Positions 1 to 12,517 of a stretch of 64,000 nucleotides of DNA are shown in pieces. The first letter of the stretch is position 1, and every line of letters begins with the position of its first letter. The translations under genes and the position numbers were made by a program. The notes beneath the pieces are model-generated. The model saw nothing but the letters and a program-made list of their open reading frames with translations. It had not been told where the DNA came from and ran no database searches. This stretch comes from Yuukianura sp. NJ FZ-2021 (lineage: Eukaryota), in the NCBI GenBank assembly GCA_046563655.1, contig CM102287.1, positions 8,494,001 to 8,558,000 of the forward strand, in the 5' to 3' direction.

Positions 1-2
1 AG

Positions 3-1352
3 GAATCTAGCGACGAGTCGGATCCGGATGACATTGACTTGGAGCTTCCCGCTCTTGTCAAATCATCGCTTGACAACCCTTGGTGTTTGACAGATTCGGT
101 GAAGGATAACGACAAGGTCAACATGTACTACACTGGCTACAAGAAGTTTTGGGACGACGTCAACGAACGGAAGGAACGTGAACGTAGAAGACTTGAGAGA
201 GAGGAAGCTCGTCAATTAGCGGAAAAGAAGGCTAAGCAGGAACTTCGAGAAAAACGCAAGGCCGAGCGTCTAGCGGAAGTTGCAAACGAGGACTTAGCGG
301 AAGAAGTTGAAATTATTGCTACCGTAGCTTCTCCCAAGAAGAAGAAAAAGAACAAAGGCAAGAAGAAACCAGTAGTTCCAGCAACTCCGTTGGTGTCTGC
401 CAATGATGTTCCCCAAGAAATGAGTGTAGACGACTTGGACGAATTGATGACCTTGGCCAACCAAAAGTTACAACAAAAGTTAACTAAGGAAGTGAAACGC
501 CTCAATAACAAGAAGCAGCCGACAACTCCGATACAAACCGAAACGGAATCCGAAAGAAGCCGAAGACTTCGAAACCAAGATGGCGACATTGACGAAATCC
601 GTGACCTTGTCGTTGACGAACAAGAAGTTAACTTTGAAGGAAACAATCCAGACGAAGCTCCTCAGAATGTTACTGTCACTCCACAAAATGCAAATACTGA
701 AGAAACTAGCAAGGCCAAGCCTCCGCCAGCACAAAAGATCATCGATCCTACACACTTTTTAGAAATCAAGAAATCAACCAAGTTTGATATGCGAGATGCC
801 CATGCTGATATGGACTCCGACAATGAAATCCTACCAGAAGATGAAGACGACGAAGAACGAGAGCATCTGAAGATGATTGCTGAAGCATTTGAAGATGAAG
901 ATTTGTTGAATGATTTTGAACGGCGAAAAGGCGAAGAAATTGAAGCTGGAAAACCGAAGGACATCAACTTAACACTGCCAGGATGGGGTGAATGGGGTGG
1001 CAAGGATCGTAAACCATCAAAATCGAAACAAAAACGATTTACCAAGAAAGCACCTAAGCCACGCCCCCGTAAAGATGCTGCTCTTCCGCATGTCATTTTA
1101 AATGAAAATGCTAATGCAAAAATCCGGGAGCATCAGGTCAAAAGTCTTCCATTTCCGTTTACACGGGTAGCCGATTATGAGAAAATGGTGAGAGCTCCAA
1201 TTGGTCGTACTTGGATGCCAGAAAAAGCAATGAAGGACCTCATTGCTCCTAAAGTGGTTACTCGTCTGGGACAAGCGATTGCACCAATCAGCGATTCTGT
1301 TCTGTTCAAACCGCGGAATCAGAAGTCCAAGACGCTGAAACTCATCAAGTAG
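3..1352 (+). CDS. UTP14: U3 snoRNA-associated protein 14 (SSU processome), last coding exon; 5' part lies outside the window
   Basis: Frame is open from nt 3 to TAG at 1350-1352. Contains UTP14 C-terminal signatures IAEAFEDEDLLNDFERRK, TLPGWGEWGG, LPHVILNE, SLPFPFT and PIGRTW. AATAAA at ~1477. Confidence 0.92.
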   Translation, partial: ESSDESDPDDIDLELPALVKSSLDNPWCLTDSVKDNDKVNMYYTGYKKFWDDVNERKERERRRLEREEARQLAEKKAKQELREKRKAERLAEVANEDLAEEVEIIATVASPKKKKKNKGKKKPVVPATPLVSANDVPQEMSVDDLDELMTLANQKLQQKLTKEVKRLNNKKQPTTPIQTETESERSRRLRNQDGDIDEIRDLVVDEQEVNFEGNNPDEAPQNVTVTPQNANTEETSKAKPPPAQKIIDPTHFLEIKKSTKFDMRDAHADMDSDNEILPEDEDDEEREHLKMIAEAFEDEDLLNDFERRKGEEIEAGKPKDINLTLPGWGEWGGKDRKPSKSKQKRFTKKAPKPRPRKDAALPHVILNENANAKIREHQVKSLPFPFTRVADYEKMVRAPIGRTWMPEKAMKDLIAPKVVTRLGQAIAPISDSVLFKPRNQKSKTLKLIK

Positions 1353-1768
1353 AACGTTAGAGTTTAGATTCTAAAGTTTAGAATTGACGAATTCCTGAGT
1401 ACACAGTGGCGATATGTTATGGAAAGTGACGATTTAATTTCATTTCCACGGATATCCATCATCAGTCTAGAAATGAAATAAATAAAAAGGTACATTTTCT
1501 ATAATATGTAATATGTTTTTAAGTAATGATTGTAAAACAGAGGGATATGTGATGAGTCTATTTTGTAAATCGGAAGTTCCAACCCTCTGGATCCACAAGT
1601 GGAAGGTCATCAATGGAATGTAACGTTGATTGTTTCTGGTGATATTTTGGATTGTTCGCGAGTCTTTAGTTAAGGATGACGCCGTCGTTGTCGTGTCGCG
1701 TTTAAGTATTAAGTAATAAGTTACGGGTTGTTGCAAGTACGATGTTGATTGAGTTTCCAGTGCTTCAC

Positions 1769-4700
1769 TTATTGAGCTTGCCCTGTACAAACACAATGCA
1801 GTACGAAAGTGGTTTTTAGTGCTTTACGTAAGGATTCTGTATAACTGACAGTTTGAAAAAACTTACATTTGAATTTCGATTCCATAATCCATTCTTGTGC
1901 AGCAGTTCCATCACATTGTGCCAAAACTGGGTTGGTCAAGTCATCCGTCAAGGCTTTGCTGAGACACTTTCCACTCGACATGTGCTTGAGCGTGCGTGTT
2001 GACCGATTGTAGTTCCATGCTTGATTGCCACCAAGGCCATGACATCTTACAAGTTTCACACTAGCAGAAGAGCCAGAACCAGTCGAGTCCAAGCAGTTGT
2101 CGTCGGACATTACTTGCTGTCTCTTCGTATAAGCAAAAACCTGGAACACAGATCAAAAATCAGTTCAACTAACTAGTTTAGTTTGTTAATTTAAGTAAGC
2201 CTTGGATTAATTGCTTCAGTTCTTACTTGGTTTCCACCCAAACCGTGACAGTACCCCATGCCCACTGCTTCGCCGCTCTTCCTTCCCATTGTGTCCAAAC
2301 AGAACTGCGATTCTTCGTTTCTAATTTCTCCCAAATGATAGTAGTCTAAAGGCATAGGAGATTCGGGATAAATGTTTTCCAAGTACCACCGAAAACTTTT
2401 GCAATTTAGCTTCTTCCTGAGATTCACACGCCCTGATACATCTCCAATATCTACTTGTCTTGCTCCTGAAACAACCAAAAATCATCATTACACTTTACAT
2501 TTCAGACTAAAATTGTCAATGTACTAACTAATATTTGCATTCATGATTCTAACAAGCAACCAAAACGTAAGTGAAGCGAGATCAAGCAAGTGAAAGTGAC
2601 GAACATGCAGTGAAAACATAAAGCCAGCATTTGGAGCAAATGAATCAAAATGGTGCACTGGTGATGGTGGTGGTGGTATCCATGGTGGTAAGTGCTGGAA
2701 TGTCGCCAATGTTCCACCAAAATATCCAAATTCCAAACTTTCCAACCTGGAAACATTGCGAAGTAGAAGGATCGCCATTCGTCCAGCCAAACTTCCGCTA
2801 ATCTTCCATTGTTCTTGTCTACGATATGTGAAGTTCCGCCTGGGAATGAATATGGAGTCGTTTTCCGGAAGACATGTCCAACTCTCGAGCAAGGAGTAAT
2901 GACCAGTCGACCTCCGCACATCCAAACCTTAAAAGTCAATTACAGTGGCAAGCATAGTTAGAAACATGTTAAATTCTGCTTAGTGTTAAGATTAATTCGA
3001 TTAATTGAGTTACACATAACGTCCATTTCACTTCCCATTACGCTTCACCCCGAGAAAACAAAAATCAAAAAACGAAAAGCAAACAGAACAAAACGTTTTA
3101 GAAAAAACTGCGAAATCAGCGGAGCTGCAGAGTTCTGGCAGTTTTTAAAAAAGAATTTCGGTTATAAAAACGGTCAACGCAAAAACTGCTTGTAAAATCA
3201 TGAACACAAAAAAACAGAACGTATAACTGAAAGGTAAAAAAATGAAAATAACCTGGACTCATTTCAAAATAAAAGTGCTTCCAATCATCTAACCAAACGT
3301 CTGCTAGGCGAGCTGTGTTGTGCAATATAATTTTGGACACACCTCCAGGGAATGTGTAAGGACTTTTGTCCCGGAAAACGTGCCCAACATGGCTACAAGT
3401 GGCAATTTTCAACAAACCACCACACTGCCATACCTGTCCTCATAATTAGTTTTTTAGACAAACTAAGAACAAACTCAAAATCAAATCAAGTTAGTGTTTA
3501 CGTTACCCGAAATGACATTTCCAAGTTCTCTCCGCCCCAAATGTCCTGCAACATTTTTAGAATACGAATAGTTGATGTAGAATTTTAAAAGTTGTGACAA
3601 CATTGATGCTTGAGAAACTGACCATTCCAGTGTCGTAGGATCCAATCTCATAAAAGTAGTCTCGATCAATTGAAAAGAGACCTCCAGCCATAGTAGGCGT
3701 CAATAGTGGAAGAGTTCTGTCACCTCCTCGTCGTTCCATCTCTCTCTGCGGTACTCGATACCTGTATCGGACAAACAACGAAAGTTACCACCAAGAATTT
3801 CAAATGCGGATCAAACGGAGGTTTAGGTTTGAGTTTACCATCTAAAGTTGAGTTTCCAGTTGAAGCCACCCCAGGTCATGTCACTGGCAGTGACATATTC
3901 AAAGGTATTGTCGGAGATTACGTCAATGATAGGACAAACCACTGATTTCCGATCCTCAGCGATTTCTTTCAACAGCGGCTCAAGCCATCCCTCGGTACAC
4001 TGATAGAACAAACATTATGAGGATTTTTAGGATTTGTGATTTCTCTTCAGTTTGAGGATGCTATTAGAATATGTCGTTATGTATTTACCTCACAATGAGC
4101 ATCCAGGAACGTCAAAGTGGCTCCCTGTAAACGGAACACAGTTTTAGTCTCAAGGATTTTAGAGATGTCATGGTCTGACATGAAGCTTATACCTTTGCAT
4201 TTTTGGCACCAAGGAGTCTGGCCCGGATAAGTCCAGACCGTGTCCCTGTCCGGAAGAGACGTACAGGAACCGGAAGATTCGCAATGTATTCTTCCAGTTT
4301 TGTTCCTAGGAAGTCTCGTTCTGACGCGTCGTCAACGAGAATAATTTCTTTGAGTAGTGCCCTGGGTGACCTATTGATAACGGAATGAACCGTGCGCAGA
4401 AGCGTACTCCAAGCTTCGTTATGGAATACTATGATTATTGACGTATCCGGAAGATATTTAGGATATTTCTTCGATTTGCACCTAGAAAGCCAAATATATT
4501 ACATATTCAATTCTGCTACACTCACTATAAGTTTGATAATTTGAATAGTGAATCTTACCCAGGAAGCCGCACGTCTGGAAGGGACCGATTGAGTGACATG
4601 ACATCCGATGCAAGGACATTGAACTGATTCAATTTAAATTGATCTTGAGCTAAGCGTTCCATGTGCGCTGCCAGTTTGACAGCATGTCCCATTTCCCCTG

Positions 4701-5107
4701 GCTTATTTGGATTTTCTGGCACAATCGGAGCAGACTTCCATAAGTGAAGTTTGTCTTGCGAGTAGAAAGATGACACAGGCTAAGAAATAATCAAAAACCG
4801 ATCAAATAACTCGAATCTCATAATTATTCGGTTCATTATGAACATAACTCACCTTGTCATCCATATCAGCACCGCCACGATGATGCTCGGCTCCTACCTC
4901 ATTGCTATTTTGACTATTGACATTGACCTGGTGAAGGGCTTCAGCAGCTTCTCCATGATGGACGAAAGAATCTGCCGATGGACCCCCGTTCCCAGCTCCA
5001 GCTCGGTTGACACCGTCGGTGTAGTACAGTAATACGACGATGTCGATGAGAAACCATATTAGAGAAGTTGCTAAAATGATTTTACAGGTTTGCATTCGTA
5101 TCCGCAT
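1769..5107 (-). CDS. pgant5: Polypeptide N-acetylgalactosaminyltransferase (pgant5/GALNT1-like): type II membrane anchor, GT27 catalytic domain, ricin-B lectin domain
   Basis: Exons: 5107-4853, 4779-4559, 4481-4193, 4124-4089, 3999-3839, 3761-3623, 3545-3507, [3433-3253 OR 2927-2747], 2465-2227, 2140-1867, 1782-1769. Motifs: [21 protein letters not shown] (DxH), [30 protein letters not shown] lectin repeats, C-terminus MESKFKWQAQ*. Confidence 0.95.
2747..2927 (-). other. GalNAc-transferase mutually exclusive exon B (181 nt)
   Basis: aag|GTTTGG...CCAG|gttgga. Encodes [60 protein letters not shown](G). Same length and phase as exon A. Confidence 0.9.
3253..3433 (-). other. GalNAc-transferase mutually exclusive exon A (181 nt)
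   Basis: cag|GTATGG...CCAG|gttatt. Encodes [60 protein letters not shown](G). Confidence 0.9.
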
Positions 5108-6442
5108 CTTCGTTGAGAATCGGTTGATTGATATGATGTGACGTATTCCGTTGAGTTACTATTGCCGGACTACAATAACGTTCCCTTAAAGTCTAACAAC
5201 TAAAAGTTTCTATTCTAATAACAATTCGGGGTAACGGGCAGTGACAGAGACAGGTGACATGTCACCATGCTTCTGACCTTGACATTACCCAGTTATTTCA
5301 AAGCTAATCTTAAACTTAAACAACAATTAGACAAATACAGTGACCTTATCTTATCACAGAGACAAGTGAATGTGCCGTTTCTTAAGTAAGATTTAAGTAG
5401 AGGTGGCTTGTGGTTGTGACACTGGAACCATCAATTGATCACCTAATAAACAAAACGTACATCAATCAACTACAAAATTTTCAGCCATTTACATTACAGC
5501 CGTACCTTCATTTTCTTCTTCACTAAACTTCCGTTTCAGCAAAATTAGCTAATTGATGGATGATTGACAAATGACGAGTGACAAACAGCTGATACCGCAA
5601 ATCGCCAATTTTCTCCACGCCTTGACCAGAGATTCACTGATATGCCCGTTCTTGTATCGTTACAGTGGTGCACTTAAGCAGGATCACCCACAGCAGTAAT
5701 TAATTTAAGCGTTAATTACAACTAGTTTGTTCAAAATTAACCTAAAACGGATCCCGGAACTACTTGTCACTTTCCCTAGAATCCAAAACAAAGTGGATGC
5801 GCAGAGGAGAAGGCGAATTCTTTTCGAAACGCCGCAGGCCACACGCACACGGCACACCAACGAAAAAAAATTTGCAAAAAATTAGCAATAGGAAAGTTTT
5901 ACCAACACTTTGCAAATTGCAATTCCCCAATTCTGGGCAATTAATTGAAGTCCTAAAACTTTGCCAAGAAGCCAAGATCCTCCTTCTGATCTTCCAAAGG
6001 GAGGGGGGTTGAAATTTGAAAATAGAGATGAGGTTACAGACGCAAGGGAGGAGTAAGATGTGCAAGGTGGTATAAAGTCCACTAATTTTGCAATTTCAAT
6101 TTGCAAGTTAGAAGATGAGCTCAGGTGAAAATACCATATGCTGCTGGGTCTCTTCAATTACTGGTCTGTGTACACGTCACGCCAAAAGGATTTGGGTAAT
6201 CATCTACATCATCTCTAGTACAATGGATTAATTCTTTAGATTAGGCAGTTTGACACGGATCTGGTCGGTAGATAGAAATTTATGGATCACTGAAGCTTCA
6301 GTAATAAAGGAAGCCGCATCTGCAAATAATTTTGCCAAATAAAGTAGCTTTATTACTAATTTATTGCTAACACGTTAATCAAAACCAAACACCCTTTAAT
6401 TGACAGGCTGCCGAATGCTGAGCGTGACATCAATTCGTTAGT

Positions 6443-6516
6443 GTACTGGACACTTCTGGACAGTACTGTACACTTCTGGACAGTACTGGACACAGTACTG
6501 GACACTTCTGGACAGT
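6443..6516. repeat. Short tandem repeat of ~10-bp units, about 7 copies, alternating GTACTGGACA and CTTCTGGACA
   Basis: Directly visible: gtactggaca cttctggaca gtactgtaca cttctggaca gtactggaca ca gtactggaca cttctggaca. Confidence 0.85.
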
Positions 6517-8537
6517 CGGAAAAATTGAGTGAAAGAAAACAATTTTTTGTCGAATTCCAAGAAATGGTGAAAGTTGAAGTGAAATTCTGCTTTCCCTTTC
6601 AAGAATGATTTGAAAAAGTTTGTAAAAAGTGAACACTAAAGTCTTATTTTACAACAACATTTATTAGTCTTATTATTATTTTTTTATTTTTCGTTTTTTT
6701 CCGAGCCAATTTTTTGAATTTTTATCAAGAAGAGAAAAACTCGACAGCTAGTTTTGTGAATCTTTTTTTTTATTGACGCGAGCAACACTTTCGAATTCAA
6801 ATTGCAAACTTTTTAGTTTTTGTTTTTGCCAAATTGTTACAGACTACGGCAGGTCCAGTTGCATTGTTAAGTTGAATTAAATGTTGGACTGTAAGGAAGT
6901 GAATGTCCATAAATCTTAATTTTGAAGCTCCTAATCGTATCAGTCCGAGACGAAATGGATCCCATGGATATCCTAAGTCTCTTCCTGGATGTAGCAAAGC
7001 CCTCCCGAACAAAGATGATGATAGAGCAATAAATAAGAGTGAATTTGTGTATGGAATAATACATAAATGTTAATGTTTGGAATGGTAGGGAGTGGAGAGG
7101 GATGGTTTTATTGCCGTTGACTTCCAAGGGTGACTTCCGTCGTAGAGGGAAAGTAAGAGACAACTTTCCACTCCACTGCTTCCTACATCCTAAAACTTTC
7201 CCTGTCTCCACCCAGCTTAAACAGTAACCAACGTCCAAATCAAATCCACTGGAACAGAAACAACGTTGGTACTTGGACACATCCTAAGGAAATTTTAATG
7301 TTAGTGATAGTCGACCAGTTTTAATCAGTCGTTCGTGTGTTTTCTTCAGTTATGTTAAAAATCTTCGGACAAAAAGAGAAAGTGGATTTTCACTTTTGCA
7401 ATAGCCTCCCGCTACATAAAAAATTTCAATTTTTTTTTTCATAATATTTCTTGCCCAAAACCATACAAGATATGACAATAACACAGTAACTGGTTACAGA
7501 ATTAAAATTTTTGATTTTTTTTAAATTTCCAATTTTTTTTTTATTTCTTAGAATTTTTATACAAATGTTTTAAATTCAAAATCTTCAAAATTAATGTTGA
7601 GTTTCTCTTTTGCTAAGTCTTCGCGCCATGTAAAAATTCAACTATTTTTTCACACTCATTCCCGTTTAATATGTATCTAAAAAATAGTGAATTTTTATAT
7701 AGCGTCTTAATGTGGCATTAGCAATGTCAAACTTTTTTTTCCCGAATTTTGAGATGTGTTAAGCACACGTTCTGCAAACTTCATTGTTTGTCTAAAATAG
7801 TTTTAGCGGAAGTGATTTAAATCGCTGGTTGATGTTTTCAGAGCCTTGACAGTTTGAATCTCTGCTTGACAACAGAAAATGCTGTGTCAGTCCTAGCGTC
7901 CCTTCCTGGAAAAAGTTGCTTTTGTGCCTAAAGTGAAAGGAAGTGAAAGTCGGAGCACTTACAGAAATAAGTTAGAGTAGACAAATGTTCATCCTTCAAC
8001 AAAGGACAAAGTACTTGTGACAGATACATCATCATCCCTCTCACAAGGGGATGAGCACTTCCCTCTCCCTGAGACTTTCACTTACTTTCACCACAAAAAT
8101 ATTACAAGGCTTGTCCATTTTCATAATCACAATTTATATAAAAGTTACTCCCATTATCACGGGGGCTTCAAATTATATGAAACCTCACGAAGGACTGTAT
8201 ACTTTATTTTCAAAAAATTGAAAAATAAAATCATCAATCAGTCCGCTCTTGATAACAACTTTAATCCGTCCATAAAATTTTGCCAAGTTCAAAGAACGTC
8301 AATAAAATACTTACACTTTCTTATTGATGCATAGATATTAAAAAATTGTAGTCGTACAAGTACTAATTACTTAAACTTAAACAGTTAAATTAAAAAGTTA
8401 ATGAACTTAAGTTAAACGTCGATTACTATGATACCATAATTACGATGTATGATTAATGACTTAAGCTAGATTCTCAAATTAAAGTTTCCCATTAGAATGA
8501 TGATCAGATTTAAATAGCTTCATCGCTGCTGCCGAAG

Positions 8538-9080
8538 TTACGTGTCCTCTCTGGGGTCAATTTCTGGGCAAGGTCCGTAGGACACAAATTTAAGTTCTGG
8601 AAAAGTTAAAATTTGGAAAATTCATGATTTAGATTGTAAGTGAACTACTTTCTGATTTTCAAAATTTAGTCTTTACTATGATTGCACTTGAAAGCGCAGT
8701 TAAGCGTTCCTGGATTCTGATACGTTTTTCCATCGCTTCCTAGAATGTTCAAATACAAAAAGTTAAAAAGTACTCTGCAAGGATTTATATGTAAACGTTT
8801 AGTCTAAAATCAAAACAATCAAAATTGGAAGATTTCGAAAAAGAAAACACTTTAATATGTTTTTAAAATATGAAATTCCAAAATCAATTTCCAGAAAACA
8901 TTGGTTACCGCAAACAGGAATGTTATGCTGACTTGGAAAGCAGTGCGGACATCTCGTTTGATTGAACTTTACAATTTTGTTCGCCACAGTTTCTTCATTC
9001 GTCAGAGAAAAAATTAAATCAACTGAAAATAGCGACAGACCAACCAACACTAACAATACAACTCTCAATCCTCGCACCAT
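8538..9080 (-). CDS. Secreted single-domain Kazal-type serine protease inhibitor (~97 aa)
   Basis: Three exons: 9080-8909, 8739-8677, 8596-8538, with GT-AG sites and consistent phase. Protein MVRGLRVVLLVLVGLSLFSVDLIFSLTNEETVANKIVKFNQTRCPHCFPSQHNIPVCGSDGKTYQNPGTLNCAFKCNHKLKFVSYGPCPEIDPREDT*. It has a hydrophobic leader, the Kazal core PVCGSDGKTYxN, a terminal GPC and 6 Cys. Confidence 0.9.
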
Positions 9081-10085
9081 TTAAAATAAAGTTCACAATT
9101 TCTAAGCTTTCCAAAATTCAAAGAAGTTCCTTAAACTCAATTTCCCTGTTTGAAGCTTTTATAAGATCAAAAATTTTCTTGTTTTCAATTTTGGAAATTT
9201 CCGTCTCTGTGCCCCTTCCCAGTAAAAACTAAATTAAATTTGATTGCCTCCCGTTCAACTTAACCAATAAAATAATTTGGCTCTCATCCAACTACCCTCT
9301 TCTGAGTAAAGTTGTAAAACCTAGTAAAAGTTATAGCGATATTGTTAAAGTAAGGACAAGACATTATGGAATTGTGCCATTTAAGAAGGGACATTTGAGT
9401 GTCAACTTTAATTTTGTGGCTACTACTAACTTATAGCACTTTTCAAAATTTATGTTCTTTCAAAATACGAACTGGTGAAGCGGAATCTGGGAGGTTTTCC
9501 AGTTTCCAATTCGGGGACTTTCCCTAAAGGAATTCTGGGCGGAGTTTAAGTGGTCCAGTAGGAATGGTTTAGTGAAAGTCCTTCAACCATACAGAAATGC
9601 TTTCACTGCGTGTAGTCAATGCGCAGAGAAAGTTCTGGAAGGGAGTGCAGAGTGGGTAATGAAGCATTGCTGGAAGGGGATGCTGGAAATGGTTTGACTT
9701 TCACCCTGGGAGGGATGGAGGGTCAAAGTGGCTGGAGAGAAATGAGGCAAGGAAGATGAATTACGCTTTCCTTCCTGTCTGGGATGCTGCTGAGGAAAAA
9801 AGTTTTTGGAAACAAACTGAAAGATTTGTTTCCGAAAGTTGAGGAAAATGATTAAGTGTCTGTCAAAAATTTGACAATGTAACAAATCTCTCACTTCTTG
9901 ATTTTTTCAAAATTTTGATGAGTCAGTCAAATAGCCAAAGTTTTTAAACAAAGTGGTGAAAAGCGAAAGCAAGTGAAAGTCCTTTTGCAATTATGAAATT
10001 CTGACCCTAGCCAAAGAAAACAAAGACAAACTAGTAGGATTTGAAAAGAAAATAATTTTTAAAAAACTGTTTTTTAAAATAAAAT

Positions 10086-10132
10086 AACAGATTTTGAAAA
10101 GTGTTTTTTAATAACACTTTTCAAAATCTGTT
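10086..10132. repeat. Perfect 20-bp inverted repeat with a 7-nt loop
   Basis: aacagattttgaaaagtgtt (10086-10105), ttttaat, aacacttttcaaaatctgtt (10113-10132). The arms are exact reverse complements. Confidence 0.9.
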
Positions 10133-12517
10133 CGCCATGTATAACCGCTATACATTGAGTACGATTAGGAAGGAGTCGAAAACTAACTTCAACTTAAGAC
10201 TTCTACTGCTTAAAGAATTTCAATTTCAAACAATTGTAAAATGACACAAAACAAGAATGCGTACTAAATTCACAAAATTTAGCAAACATTTCTAAAATTT
10301 CATAAAATTCTACTAACAATACAAAAATAAAAACTATTACTAAGCACATTTTAGAATTGAGCTTGCGAAGAACTGGATAAGATTTTAATCTGTATTTGCA
10401 GATAAACCTTCAAATTGCATAGCCTCAATTTTTATCAAAAAGGTTTCTACTTATTTTAAGCTAATCCCGCAAATTAAATTTTATAAATAAATTTTAGCAT
10501 TTTTCAACCATTTTCCTGTCCCATCTTTTCTAATTGCAATTTTTGGTAAATTTGGAGCCACTCTTCACTCCCAAAGAAGCAACTAAACTTGAAAACCAAG
10601 AGTTTTCCTTGTGGTTTTGTGTTGGTTTCCCTTTTTAAATGACAATTATGTTATTCGAAAGTGAGGAGGAAACTGGCAAAATTGTGAACGTCAAACTTTA
10701 ACAAAATAACAAAAAATACGTAATCGTAGGTTGAGGTTAGTTGTGTTCCTACATACGTTTAAGTGCTTCTTACTTGGTGTTAAAATATTTCCCTTTTATT
10801 AATCGCCAGTTCATTTCAATTTCATTGGTTCAAGTTTTTAAAAGTCAATTTTCCGAATCATTTCTTTCAATAGAATTCACATTCTGCGTCCATATCCTGG
10901 AACAAGTACCAAGTGAAATCAAGGTAATTTAATAAATAACATACAAGAATACATTGAAAATAATATTTATTATTATTTTTTTAAGTTGAATTCAGATGAT
11001 ATGTTTCAAGAAATTTTTTGAAAAAAAAAAACAGTTTTCTTTTGCTAAATTTTGACGTCGTCTGAAATTTTCTTTATTTTGCCTTTAGAAGGTACTGTAT
11101 TTAAAATTAAGGTCGGAAAAAAATAATTTTGTAGGACACTTTCCTGCAGCATTGGAAATTGCAGATTTTCAAAAATATTTCTAAAATTTTCAAAAAAAAA
11201 ATGAAGTAAAGTAACTATGCGATGATCATCTAAACGAATAACTTCATCATTCTTAAATTAGTTTAACTTTTTCCAGAGATAAAATTAGATTAGTCAGGTT
11301 AGTTAACAAGTTATGTTAAATGTGTTAACAATCTCTAGTTATGGTTATATTCTATAAATTGCCTACATGTTGATTACATTACATGATTAATTATTTTATT
11401 ATATTTATAGTTTATTTTACATTTTGCTTTAGAATAGGTTTCAGTAGAGTACTTTATTAAGTTAGGTTATACGTTAGCGCGTGGCTCTGCATTAACTTAA
11501 TTTTTAGTTTCCTCGGCCTGTCTAAAGAGCAGAATTAGGCCAATGTTAGCTCTTTCTTTGTTGACCCTTGTAAATTAAAGTTAAGTAAAGCCTGGTTAGA
11601 TTAATTAGTGAAGATGATGGAAGAGTGTGGTGTTGTTGGTGAGTCTTCCGCTAGGTTAGTGTGGGTGTTGGAGCCTGTTTGGGAAGATGTTGGAGTGTAT
11701 ACTTGGGTGTTATTGTTTGGGAAGCTGTGCGTCTGCCTCAGTTTGTGAATAGAAGGAAAAGGAAATGTTCCGTAGTGGCTCTGTCTAATATCGATTTCCC
11801 CTCTCTCCCTTCGCACTTCCAATATTGATTTCCACACTTAACTTTTACTCTAAACTTATTCACGCCTTCACATCCACTTCTAATTGCTAACTCCCTTCCA
11901 GGAAAACTTATCTTGGACTGGAGATAACACTTTAGCAAACAACTACAGTTAAGGGTCAACTGCTTCCAGAAACTAACAAGGTGTAGTCATCTTCAACAGT
12001 CATCCGAAAGCCATATCTCATAGGACCTCCGGTTCCTGGAACTTAAAAATTCAAAATTTCGAAAAAGTGGATTTAAACTAATTTGGATTTCAACTTTCAC
12101 TTGGTCACTTTCTCCCGATTAGCTTCAGGTAAGCGCCACTCACAAAATTTGTTTCTCAGGCTTGCATAAATTTTTTAATAGAAGTTCTGTTTTAATTTTC
12201 GTCAGACGCTTCAATTTTTCTTGGATTGATTTAATTTTTTTACTTAACCTAACCTAGCTAAAGTTAGAGTTTAACTTGCAAATTTTAATTACAATTAAAT
12301 GTAATTTATATAGGCCGTATGACAAGATCAACTAAACTTTTAGCAGGATGAAGACACGTTTGTGTGTAAATTTTTTGTTTGGATTTTAGCCTAGCCTTGG
12401 ACGAATGACTTGACTATGGGAGTGATTCAGTGGGATTTCTTGCCTTATTCCCTTTTTCGTCTTTACTAAGAAGTTACTCAGGGCCCACCCACATCTGCCC
12501 CCACTTTTTACTCCGCC

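Noticed and set aside
212..1096. Minus-strand ORFs of 91-144 aa opposite UTP14
   Set aside because: Shadow frames of a charged, low-complexity coding exon. The same applies to antisense ORFs over talin, REV3 and DENND4.
2541..2746. His-rich tail ([10 protein letters not shown]) in ORF 2541..2939
   Set aside because: Read-through past the exon B donor into an intronic (TGG)n microsatellite. Not part of the spliced protein.
6443..6516. Regularly spaced repeats superficially like a CRISPR array
   Set aside because: 10-bp units with no unique spacers, no cas genes and a eukaryotic context. It is a simple tandem repeat.
5760..8334. Several 68-137 aa ORFs between pgant5 and the Kazal gene
   Set aside because: No recognisable motifs, mostly non-ATG starts, AT-rich composition and no coherent exon chain.
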